64,000 nt of DNA, taken from positions 256,001 to 320,000 of the forward strand of contig CAXXWC010000003.1 in assembly GCA_963668645.2 (NCBI GenBank), in the 5' to 3' direction. The notes under the pieces were generated by a model. It had not been told where the DNA came from. It was given only the letters and a program-made list of their open reading frames with translations, and did no database searches. Positions 27,464-37,200 of this stretch are shown piece by piece; the first letter of the stretch is position 1, and each line of letters opens with the position of its first letter. The stretch is from Desulfobacterales bacterium (lineage in GTDB: Bacteria > Desulfobacterota > Desulfobacteria > Desulfobacterales > UBA2174). Both the position numbers and the translations under genes were made by a program.

Positions 27464-29212
27464 ATGCCCCCTGCTCATCTGGTGTTGCGCGATGCTCCGA
27501 AGGGTTTTTTCGCCGATGTCGAAAAACTCGTCTCCCCCGAGGAGACGGTGGCCCGTTTGCGCCAGCGACTGCGTACCCTCGATCTGGATATCCTCAAGGA
27601 GACCAAGCGCATCGACAATGGGCGGCTCGATATTCCGGTCTTTTTCAGCACCTGCGGCCGGGATGCCCAGCGCACCATCGGCAACCGCAAACAGATGGGC
27701 AAGGGTGCCACCCCGGCCCAGGCTGAAGCCAGTGCGGTGATGGAACTGGCCGAACGATTCAGTCTTTTCAGCTTCAGGCAGGACGAAACGCGCTTTACCA
27801 CGGCCACAGCCCGGAATCTGGGATCTGAAATGATCGCCACGGATCTTCTGGCCCGGTCGGTTCACGACGGATCGCCCGAAGGCGAACTGGCCTTTCAAAT
27901 CCTCGCCGACCTGCCGCTGCGCTGGATCTGGGCCTATGACCTGACCGGAGGCCGCCCACGGCAAATACCCTTCGACTGGTTTTATGCCATCAATGCCTAC
28001 AACGGGTCGGCAGCGGGAAATTGCATCGAGGAGGCTATTTGCCAGGGGATCTGCGAGGTGGTGGAGCGAGATGTTTCGGCCCGCATCGACCGTTGCCGGC
28101 AGCCCCTGCCCGCCATCGATCCGGACTCGGTGACCGATCCGGTCTGCCGCCAGTTGATCGACAAATTTCAGCGCAACGGCATTGTCTTATACATCTCCGA
28201 TTTCAGCCTCGATACGGCCATTCCCACCGTGGGAGTCCTGGCCTGGGATCCGGCCACTTTTCCCCGGCGCAGTGAAATCGTCTGGACCGCCGGCACCGCC
28301 ACCAGCCCCCGCCGCGCCCTGAGCCGCACCTTGACCGAGGTGGCCCAGCTGGCCGGAGACTTCGACAGCGGAGCCAATTTCGAGGCCAGCGGCCTTCCCA
28401 AATTCAAGGATCTCGACCAGGCCGCCTTCGTCACCGCCCCGGCGACCCGCCGCCGCCTGGAGGATCTGCCCGATCTTTCCGACGCCAATCTCAGGGTGGA
28501 GGTCGAGCGGTTGACCCGGACCCTGGCCGACCGGCAGATGCCGGTCCTGCTGGTGGACGTCACCCATCCGCGCCTGCAGGTGCCGGCCTTCTACACCATC
28601 GTTCCCGGGGCCCGCTTCCGGGAGCGGGCCTCAAACGCCAGTGTGGGCCTGATCACGGCCAAACTAATCGCCGAAACCCGGCCCGCCGAAGAGGCCTTGG
28701 AACGGCTGGCGCATTTAGACCGGTTGTTGCCGGACCGGCATTTCATCCATTTTTACCTGGGCACCTGCCTGCTTGGCCTGGATCGGATCGATCCGGCCCT
28801 GGCACATCTTCGCCGGGCCGCGGCCATGGCCCCGCCGGCCGAGGACCTGGCCAGCATCCAGGTCTACCTTGCCACGGCCCTCAACCGCTGCGAGCGCTGG
28901 CACGAGGCGATCGAGACGCTGGAGGCCGCCGCCGCACTGGACGGCCGGCGCACCGAGGTCTACAACCTCATGGGCTTTTGCCATTTTAAACTGCGGGACC
29001 ACCGCAGGGCGATCGCCTGTTTTGAAAAGGTATTGGCCCTCGACCCGGGTTCGGCCATCGATCATGCCAACATCGGTGTGAACTACCAGGCCCTGGGCGA
29101 GACTGAACGCGCCGTGGAGGCCTACCAGACGGCCCTGTCCCTGGATCCGACCATCGATTTTGCCTGGAAAAACCTCTTGGCCTTGCAGCATGATGGAAAG
29201 GTGGAAGATTGA
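27464..29212 (+). CDS. YcaO-family ATP-dependent amide-backbone-activating enzyme with C-terminal TPR repeats
   Basis: GKGATPAQAEASAVMELAERFS and NGSAAGNCIEEAICQGICEVVERD YcaO ATP-binding motifs; C-terminal TPRs (HFYLGTCLL, YNLMGFCHFKL, HANIGVNYQALG); GGAGG RBS. Confidence 0.9.
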   Translation: MPPAHLVLRDAPKGFFADVEKLVSPEETVARLRQRLRTLDLDILKETKRIDNGRLDIPVFFSTCGRDAQRTIGNRKQMGKGATPAQAEASAVMELAERFSLFSFRQDETRFTTATARNLGSEMIATDLLARSVHDGSPEGELAFQILADLPLRWIWAYDLTGGRPRQIPFDWFYAINAYNGSAAGNCIEEAICQGICEVVERDVSARIDRCRQPLPAIDPDSVTDPVCRQLIDKFQRNGIVLYISDFSLDTAIPTVGVLAWDPATFPRRSEIVWTAGTATSPRRALSRTLTEVAQLAGDFDSGANFEASGLPKFKDLDQAAFVTAPATRRRLEDLPDLSDANLRVEVERLTRTLADRQMPVLLVDVTHPRLQVPAFYTIVPGARFRERASNASVGLITAKLIAETRPAEEALERLAHLDRLLPDRHFIHFYLGTCLLGLDRIDPALAHLRRAAAMAPPAEDLASIQVYLATALNRCERWHEAIETLEAAAALDGRRTEVYNLMGFCHFKLRDHRRAIACFEKVLALDPGSAIDHANIGVNYQALGETERAVEAYQTALSLDPTIDFAWKNLLALQHDGKVED

Positions 29213-29242
29213 GCAGCTTTTGAATCTCCTCTCCGGCCCCTT

Positions 29243-30055
29243 TCACTCCGGGGTTGCAGGCCCGAGCCCCAGGCGCCGCCCCAGCTCCCCGGCCAGGGCG
29301 AGGTAATCCCGGGCTCCGGTGCTCGAAGGCTGGAAATAGACCACCGGCGCACCGGCATCTGTGCTCTCGGCGATGGTGGTGTTGACCCGGATCACCGCAT
29401 CGCAGATGAGGTCCCGGGTACGTTCATCCTCTTTGAGCTGGCTCAACACGTGATTGGAGACCCGGGTGCGCGCATCGAAGAGGGTCGCCACCACCCCGGC
29501 GATGGCCAGATCCGGGTTGATCTCTTCGCGAATGGCCCCGATGGTGTCGAAAAGCTCCGCCAGCGCGTTGAAGGCGTAAGGGTGGGTCTGGCAGGGCACC
29601 AGGACCTGCCCGGCGGCGGAAAAAACGTTGACCGTGAGCAGGGAGAGGCTCGGCGGCGTATCGAGCAGGATCAGGTCATAGTCGTCCAGCAGCGGCGCCA
29701 GCCCCTTGCGAAGCCGGTTTTCGCGGCCGTATTCACCGGCCAGTTCGATGTCGGCCCCGGCCAGATCCGGATGGCCGCCGATCAGATCGAGCCCTTTCCA
29801 GGCCGTGGCCGCCGCCGCTTGGCGCGCTACAGGCTCCTTGTGCCGCATAATGACATCATAGGCGGAAGGACGTCCATCCCGATCGCGCATCCCCAATCCC
29901 CAGGTGGCGTTGGCCTGGGGATCCAGGTCCACCACCAGCACCCGCTTTCCCCAGCGGCTGAAGGCAGCCGCCAGGTTGATCACCGTAACGGTCTTGCCTA
30001 CCCCACCCTTTTCGTTGGCCACGGCGATGATTCGGGTTTCGCGTCCTGCGGTCAT
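29243..30055 (-). CDS. ParA/Soj family ATPase (no parB in window)
   Basis: VANEKGGVGKT deviant Walker A, DLDPQANAT, DTPPSL; likely start ATG 30055 after an AAGGAGG RBS. Confidence 0.9.
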   Translation of the reverse strand: MTAGRETRIIAVANEKGGVGKTVTVINLAAAFSRWGKRVLVVDLDPQANATWGLGMRDRDGRPSAYDVIMRHKEPVARQAAAATAWKGLDLIGGHPDLAGADIELAGEYGRENRLRKGLAPLLDDYDLILLDTPPSLSLLTVNVFSAAGQVLVPCQTHPYAFNALAELFDTIGAIREEINPDLAIAGVVATLFDARTRVSNHVLSQLKEDERTRDLICDAVIRVNTTIAESTDAGAPVVYFQPSSTGARDYLALAGELGRRLGLGPATPE

Positions 30056-30072
30056 TTGGGCCTCCTTATAGT

Positions 30073-32334
30073 TTACGTGGACGGCATGCGATCTTCGGTC
30101 TGTTCCTCGGTTACCAGCGAGGACAAGCTTTGCTGGAATGTTTCGAATGCACGGCCCAGATCGGCCGCCTCTGTTTCCACCGCTTCCAGCCGCAAGGCGA
30201 CTTGCTGGCTGCCGGCCCCCTGAAACTCCACCTTTCCCGCCATCTGGGAAAGATCCTCTCCGTAGGCCCGCAGCTGGTCGCAAATCGACTCCTGGATACT
30301 CACTGCCGCCGCATCCAACAACTTGAAAAGATACTGGAACTTTATGTTTTCGCGATGGCTTTTAAAATGGAACTCGATGACTTTGGCCGTCTCGTGCTTA
30401 ATGCGCGGCAAGGCGTCCATCAGGGCACGCACGCCGCGCTGTTCGAGACCCGGGTTCCTCCCCCTTTTAAATGTCCGCCGTACCCACTGAACCACGGTAT
30501 AAAAGCCGAAGCGGGCCACCGCTTCCGTGCGGATACGCGCCGAAAAACGCAGCGGCGCGGCGGCCGAAGGCGCCTTGAGGCCGGCAAACCGTTTGAGGCC
30601 GTCCGCATCAAGGCGGGACCCGACGGCCGCAGCAGACGCCGCCAGGGGAGGATTACTGTCGTCCAGATCGGCCAGGGCGTCCTGGGTTATGCCAGCAAAG
30701 GGTTGGGCCACGCCCTCGAGCCGGGCCAGCATCCAGGCTTCGATACGATTGAGAAAGTTCAATATCTCCGGGGTGACGACCTCGGCCAAATAGGTTTCCA
30801 GGTCTTGGCGGAAATCCTGAAAGACCAGGTAGAGGGCGCTGGAAAAACCTGCGGCGGAAAGCGTTTCCCGGTACCTGTCAGCCTCGGGGCGGTAGCGGTG
30901 AACATATTCCAGGGTTTCGCCGACAAGCGTCCCGGTCCCGGGGCTCAGAAAACGGTCCACCTCACGGCGGATCTCCCCCCGAAGCTTATTGACGGCGCCG
31001 TCAAGGGTATCGCGCACCATCCCCTGAACCTGGTCGATACGCTGGCGCTGGCGGTCGATGCGTGCGGCCTGGACAACGGTCTGATCCGCATCCCGATCGA
31101 TCGCCTCACGGTGCAGCCGGGCCCAGCGTTCCACCCCTGCGGCCACCACGCCCATGCGGGCGATGTGATTGCCCAGGAGCAGCATCCGCCTTTCGTTGAT
31201 CATTTTGCGTTGAAAGACGGCTTGGAAACGGGCCATTTCCCCCTCGGAAAAGGCCACCAGGTCCGATTCGCCCTGCCAGTGGGCCAGCATGGCCCTGTCC
31301 CTGGGTGCCAGATCCTCGGGCACTTGCCTGCTCAAAAGATGGTAAAGAGCACTGAGGGTAAAAAGCTCCGGTTGCGGGTGAAAGGCGGTTAATTCCTGGC
31401 GGATACGATCCACCAGACGTTTCAGATCCTCCAGGGAGCCATGCTCGTTGAAGTCGCAATTGAGCACGAACAGCATGTTGGCGGCGATGCCCATCTTGCG
31501 AATGATGGACAGAAAACGGAAATCGGCCTGCCTCAGCCCCGTGCGGGTGCTGATGACGTAGACGATAAAGTGGGTCTGGAGCATGTAGTCCTGGATCATG
31601 GCCAGGTGGTGGGGGTTGGGTGAATCACTGCCTTGGCAGTCGGCGATCTCCACTCCGGGGTCGATGGGACCGCCGTCGATTTCCAGCTCCACATCGTTGA
31701 GAAAAGCCGAAAGCCGATCCTCGCCAACAAAGTCCCGGTGCCGGCTGAAGTCTTCGCCGCGCAGGCGCATGATGCCCTCCTGGCCTGCAATCAGCGAGGC
31801 CACCTGGGCATAACCGTCCAGGTAGGAGGCGATCAGCACACTGTGGGCATTCTGGGTCCCGTCGGCGATCAGGGCCGCCCGGTTCAGCTCCGCAAAGGCT
31901 GCCGCCAGCTCGTGGCGGTCCCGCTCGCGACGGATATCGAAAGACTCGCGGGCCTGCATGGCCGGCAACAGAACCATGGCCTGGGTCAGATCGGCATTGA
32001 TCTCCTCCCAGGACTTGAAGTGCAGACGGGCCTCGAGGGTATCACCGCGGCGGATGCGGGTGACGATGGACGTGACGATGCCGGCGCCGCGCTTGAGGTA
32101 ATCACGACCGAGAAGGGTATTGGTGAAGGTGCTTTTGCCGGACTTGATCGGCCCCACCACCGCCACCCGGACGTAGGCATCGGTGAGCTGGCGGTGGCTC
32201 TGGCGGCAGGTGCGCTCCCAGTCGTCGAGGGCCGCCGCCGAGACTCCCGGCACCTGCCGGGCACGACCCAATAGATCGAGCAACCCGACGGCCCGATCAA
32301 GAAGTTCGGATTTAAGTTTTTGGTAATCTTGCAT
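30073..32334 (-). CDS. Bacterial dynamin-like GTPase (753 aa)
   Basis: VAVVGPIKSGKST P-loop, GIVTSIVTRI G2, IADCQG G3-like motif, long helical C-terminal region. Confidence 0.8.
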   Translation of the reverse strand: MQDYQKLKSELLDRAVGLLDLLGRARQVPGVSAAALDDWERTCRQSHRQLTDAYVRVAVVGPIKSGKSTFTNTLLGRDYLKRGAGIVTSIVTRIRRGDTLEARLHFKSWEEINADLTQAMVLLPAMQARESFDIRRERDRHELAAAFAELNRAALIADGTQNAHSVLIASYLDGYAQVASLIAGQEGIMRLRGEDFSRHRDFVGEDRLSAFLNDVELEIDGGPIDPGVEIADCQGSDSPNPHHLAMIQDYMLQTHFIVYVISTRTGLRQADFRFLSIIRKMGIAANMLFVLNCDFNEHGSLEDLKRLVDRIRQELTAFHPQPELFTLSALYHLLSRQVPEDLAPRDRAMLAHWQGESDLVAFSEGEMARFQAVFQRKMINERRMLLLGNHIARMGVVAAGVERWARLHREAIDRDADQTVVQAARIDRQRQRIDQVQGMVRDTLDGAVNKLRGEIRREVDRFLSPGTGTLVGETLEYVHRYRPEADRYRETLSAAGFSSALYLVFQDFRQDLETYLAEVVTPEILNFLNRIEAWMLARLEGVAQPFAGITQDALADLDDSNPPLAASAAAVGSRLDADGLKRFAGLKAPSAAAPLRFSARIRTEAVARFGFYTVVQWVRRTFKRGRNPGLEQRGVRALMDALPRIKHETAKVIEFHFKSHRENIKFQYLFKLLDAAAVSIQESICDQLRAYGEDLSQMAGKVEFQGAGSQQVALRLEAVETEAADLGRAFETFQQSLSSLVTEEQTEDRMPST

Positions 32335-32453
32335 GATATAAGGGCGAAAAAGGAAGAAAAGCCATAGCGTCCCCCGGATTCGGGAAGGATGCAGACACGC
32401 GTCGCTTATTACACGTAGCCGGCACGATTGTCAAAACCGGTGGGATTCAAAGG

Positions 32454-33020
32454 TCAGGCGTACCCGGCCTCGGCCGAAAGCCGGTTCGGGTCGATGCCCA
32501 GCCGCTCAAGGGTCGCCTCCCAGCGACGGGCCAAGGGGATTTCGAAAAGAATCGCCGGATCCATGGGGGCCGTCAGCCAGGCGTTCTGGCGGATCTCTTC
32601 CTCCAACTGCCCCGGCCCCCAGCCGGCGCATCCCAGACTGATGGCAAACACTTGAGGGCCCTGCCCTTGTCCGATGGCGTGCAGTATATCGATACTGTTG
32701 CTCATGGCCAATGAGTCCGAGATGGAAAAGCTGCCCTGCCATTGCAGGGGCGGCCCGTGGAGAATGAAAAGTTCGTTGGCATGCACCGGCCCTCCGATAA
32801 AAAGCGGTTGGCTGGCGGCCTTTGGAATGCACTCGATCTTCAATTCCTCAAAGATCTCACCGGCCGTGAGATATTCATGGGCACGGTTGATCACGACGCC
32901 CATGGCCCCCTGATCGTTATGCTCGCCAAGACAGGTTACGGTCTGGTGGAAATTGGGATCAAGCAGGCTCGGCATCGCCACGAGCAGTTGCCCTTTCAAA
33001 GATGCGAATGGGTCCATCAT
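32454..33020 (-). CDS. yqgE: YqgE/AlgH family protein
   Basis: LLVAMPSLLDPNFHQTV, GAMGVVINR, GGPV and GWGPGQLEEEI..NAWL motifs. Confidence 0.92.
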   Translation of the reverse strand: MMDPFASLKGQLLVAMPSLLDPNFHQTVTCLGEHNDQGAMGVVINRAHEYLTAGEIFEELKIECIPKAASQPLFIGGPVHANELFILHGPPLQWQGSFSISDSLAMSNSIDILHAIGQGQGPQVFAISLGCAGWGPGQLEEEIRQNAWLTAPMDPAILFEIPLARRWEATLERLGIDPNRLSAEAGYA

Positions 33021-33107
33021 ATCCTCCCGGCCGCGTTTCGCTTTTCACCGCACCGATGCAACGGCCGAAAGGCCGGATCGAAAAATGAGCGGGGACTATT
33101 TCAGGCC

Positions 33108-33137
33108 ACCATAGTCAAGGGCACGAAAGCCTGTCAA
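33108..33137 (-). promoter_or_regulatory. Putative sigma70 promoter for yqgE
   Basis: Minus strand TTGACA (33137-33132), 18 nt spacer, TATGGT (33113-33108). Confidence 0.45.
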
Positions 33138-33368
33138 GCGATCCGATGCCGCACTTTTAGCGCCCGCCCTTGGGGCCGGATTTACATGCCCGATAAGGGG
33201 TTCTTGACAAAGCCCGCAGCGGCATCATACACGGAGGTGCCGCCGCTTTTGATCAGAGGTTTTCAACCAGCGCCTCGGTCCACAGCGGGAGCCTTTCCCG
33301 GCGCCAATCCTTAACCGAACGTGACGCCAGGCGTTCAGGATTGCCTGGCCTGCCATTCGAGGTCCATT

Positions 33369-34259
33369 ATGCACTTTACTTTCGAACCGATCGACCTGCA
33401 ACGCCAGCAGGAGTATCGCCGCCGGCTGGCCGCCTGCCCGCAGATCGGCTCCGATTACAGCTTTGTCAATTTATGGGGATGGGCCGAAGCCTATGGCCTG
33501 GAATGGTCCTGGGAGCAAGACCTGGTATGGATCCGCCAGAGCCGGCCCGAACCCCGCCTCTGGGCCCCGGTGGGCGACTGGAACGCCGTGGACTGGCCCC
33601 GGCGCCTGGCATCCTTGGATGCCGATCTACACCTGGCGCGGGTGCCCGAAGTCTTGGCATCACAATGGCAGAACATGCTGGAAGGCCGGGTCCGGCGCAA
33701 CGAAGCCCGAGGGCAGTGGGACTATCTTTATGCCGCCCGGGACCTGATCAATCTTAGCGGCAATCGCTACCACAAGAAAAAAAACCTGGTGAAACAGTTT
33801 CGCCGCGCCTACCCGTTTGACTATGGGCACTTAAACGCCGATCTGGTCGCCGAAGCCCTGGGGCTTCAGGCCGACTGGTGCACCTGGCGCGACTGCGAAG
33901 CCGTCGACATGCTGGCGGCCGAGAACCGGGTCATCCTGCGGATTTTCAACCACTGGGATTCCCTGTCCGGAATCTGCGGCGGTACGCTGCGGGTCGAAAA
34001 CCAAATGGCCGCTTACACCGTCGGGGAACGGCTCACCGCCGACACCATGCTGATCCACTTCGAAAAGGCCGATCCGCGCTTCAAGGGCGCCTACCAGATG
34101 ATCAACCAGGCCTTTGTGAGCGCCAACGCCGAAGGCCTAAAATGGGTCAACCGCGAACAGGATCTGGATGACGAAGGGTTGCGCCAAGCCAAACTCTCAT
34201 ACCAACCCGCCGATTTCGTGCGCAAAGAGACAGTGGTCATCCACCCCGTGAAGCCTTGA
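33369..34259 (+). CDS. DUF2156 / phosphatidylglycerol lysyltransferase C-terminal-like (GNAT) protein
   Basis: SDYSFVNLWGW, DYLY...L.GNRYHKKKN, HFEKA and NREQDL..EGLRQAKLSYQP motifs; likely start ATG 33369. Confidence 0.8.
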   Translation: MHFTFEPIDLQRQQEYRRRLAACPQIGSDYSFVNLWGWAEAYGLEWSWEQDLVWIRQSRPEPRLWAPVGDWNAVDWPRRLASLDADLHLARVPEVLASQWQNMLEGRVRRNEARGQWDYLYAARDLINLSGNRYHKKKNLVKQFRRAYPFDYGHLNADLVAEALGLQADWCTWRDCEAVDMLAAENRVILRIFNHWDSLSGICGGTLRVENQMAAYTVGERLTADTMLIHFEKADPRFKGAYQMINQAFVSANAEGLKWVNREQDLDDEGLRQAKLSYQPADFVRKETVVIHPVKP

Positions 34260-37200
34260 AACGGTTTTTCCCGTTCCCATTTCCCCACTTGCGCTGGGCT
34301 GCCGGTTCCACCGGTGAGCAGACGGTCTCCAGGGCTCTGTAGCCCAGCAATCCGTTCACCGCCCGCGCCAGGCGTGGACTGGCCCGCACTTTGAACGCAT
34401 CCGAGGGGGCCACCACCGCCTCGGCCCGGCCGGGCAGCGACAATCGCAACCGAACCGGGCAGTCTCCCTGATGGCGGCCGAAAACCTCGGCCAGCTGGTG
34501 CAGGTGCGAGGATTCAGTGCGTTCCAGGTCAAGGTTGACTTCCACCCGCGCCGTCCAGACCGCCTCGGCCCGCTCCATGGGAATCAGGTTGTCGGCCAGG
34601 ATCTTGACCCCGTTTTCTTCGCGCTGGACCACTCCCTGCACCAGCACGGCGGCATCCTCGACCAACAGCTCCGAGGCCTCGGCATAGACCGAGGGAAAGA
34701 GGACGACCTCCATCTGGCCGTTGAGGTCCTCGATGTTGACAAACCCCATCAACTCCCCCTTGCGGGTACGGATGGTCTTGGTGGCTTTAACCAGGCCGCC
34801 GATGCGTACCGTTTGGCCGTCGGGAGTCTCCTTGAGTCCCTCGGCATCGCAGGTGGTATATTTGTCCAGACGCCCTTCATGGCGCCCCAGCGGATGGCCG
34901 CTGATGTAAAACCCCAGCGATTCTTTTTCCATGACCAGCATTTCGTGCTCGTCGAGCACAACGCCGGCCGGCATCTGGGGCCGATCCAGGGGCGGCCCCC
35001 CGTCCTCACAGGCACCGAAGAGGTCCATCTGGGGATCGCAACGCTTCTTTTGCACCCGTTGGCCGTAATCCAGCGCTTCTTCCAAAACAGCCAGCAGCGC
35101 TGCCCGTGAATCGCCGGTGGCGTCAAAGGCGCCGCAGCGGATCAGGCTTTCCACCACCCGCTTGTTCACCTTGCGAAGATCGACCCGTTCGCAGAAGTGG
35201 AACAGCGAATCGAAGGGGCCGTTGGCCCGCCTTTCCTCCAGAATCGCTTCGATGGCCCCCTCGCCGACATTCTTCACCGCCACCAGGCCGAAGTGGATCT
35301 TGCCTTTCGCCACGGTGAATACCGTCTCGCTGCGGTTGATGTCCGGGGGCAGAACCTCGATTCCGTGGGACCGGCATTCGGCGATGAACTTGACCACCCC
35401 GTCGATGGCGTGCATCTCGCTGGTGAGCAGCGAGGCCATGAACTCTACCGGGTAATGGGCCTTGAGAAAGGCGGTCTGATAGCTGATCAGGGCGTAGGCC
35501 GCACTGTGGGCCTTGTTGAAGCCGTAACGGCCGAATTTTTCCATCAAGTCGAAAATTTCGACGGCCTTTTTAGGCTCGATGCCGTTGGCGTCGGCTCCGG
35601 CCAGAAACTTCTCCCGGTGTTTGGCCATCATCTCGGCGATCTTCTTGCCCATCGCCTTGCGCAGGCCGTCGGCGTCGGCCATGGTGTAATTGGCCAGGGC
35701 AGCGGCGATATTCATCACCTGCTCCTGGTAGACGATCACCCCGTAGGTTTCCTTGAGAATCGATTCGAGCTGCGGCAGCAGATAGGTCACCGGCTTGCGG
35801 CCGTGGCGCCGCTGGACGAACTCTTCGACCATCCCGCTGTCCAGCGGGCCGGGGCGATAGAGGGCCACCAGGGCCGTGATATCGGCGAAGGTCTCGGGCC
35901 TCAGGCGCACGAGCAGATCCTTCATGCCGCTGCTTTCGAGCTGAAACACGCCGGTGGTATCCCCGGTGCCGAGCAGTTCGAAGGTCTTGGGATCATCCAG
36001 CCTCAAGGTGGACAAATCCGGCGCCTTGCCTCCGGAACTATCGATCAGGTTGAGGGTGTTTTCGATGACCGTCAGGTTGCGCAGGCCGAGAAAATCGAAC
36101 TTGACCAGTCCGATCTTCTCCACACAATGCATGTCGAACTGGGTGACCACCTCCCCCTTCTTGCCGCGGCACAGGGGCAGATACTCCACCAGCGGCCGAT
36201 CGCCGATCACCACCCCGGCCGCGTGGGTCGACGCATGGCGCGGCAGTCCTTCAAGGGTGCGGCAGATCCGGATCAATTCTGCGATCTTGGGGTTTTCCTC
36301 CGCCTGGCGCAGGATTTTCGGCTCCTGGATCAGAGCCTCGTCCAGACTGATGTTGAGCTTGTCGGGTACCATTTTGGCCAGGGCGTCCACTTCGGCCAGG
36401 GGGATGTCCAGAGCGCGGCCCACGTCGCGGATCACCGCCCGGGTCTTGAGCTTGCCGAAGGTGATGATCTGGGCCACATAATCGGCGCCGCCGTAATGAT
36501 CGAAGACATAGCGGAATGTTTTTTCGCGTCCGTTGATGCAAAAATCGACGTCGATATCCGGCATGCTGATGCGCTCGGGATTGAGAAAACGCTCGAAGAT
36601 CAGTCCGTGGGCGATGGGATCCAGATCGGTGATCCCCAGGCTGTAGGCCACGATGCTGCCGGCGGCCGATCCCCGGCCGGGGCCCACCGGCACCCCGTTC
36701 TGGCGGCTGTAGCGGATAAAATCGGACACGATGAGAAAATAGCCGCAAAATCCCATCGTGCGGATCGTGTCCAGCTCGTACTCCAGGCGCTGGCGGTAAA
36801 CCGTCTCATCCAGCTCTTCCTGCCCCTGCTTGAGCATCTCCAGCCGGTGGGCGAACCCCTCGCGCACCTTCTCTTCGAAAAGATCGTCCACCGGTTTTTG
36901 ATCCGGGGTGGGAAACTGGGGAAAATGGTAGTCGCCGAACTGAAAATCGACGTTGCAGCGCCTGGCGATGTCAACGGTGTTGGCCAGGGCCCCGGGGTAG
37001 TCGCCGAAATAGGCCTCCATTTCCTCCGGGGACTTGAAGTAGAGCTGATCCGTGCCGAACTGGAAGCGGTTCGGGTCGCGAATGGTTTTGCCGGTCTGGA
37101 TGCAAAGCAGTACCTCGTGGGCCCGGGCATCGCCGGCATCCAGATAATGACAATCGTTGGTGGCGACCAGGGGAATCGACAGGCGCCGGCTCATTTCCCG

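Noticed and set aside
34237..34259. 23-nt tail-to-tail overlap of the DUF2156 gene and dnaE
   Set aside because: Short convergent overlaps are common and both proteins appear complete.
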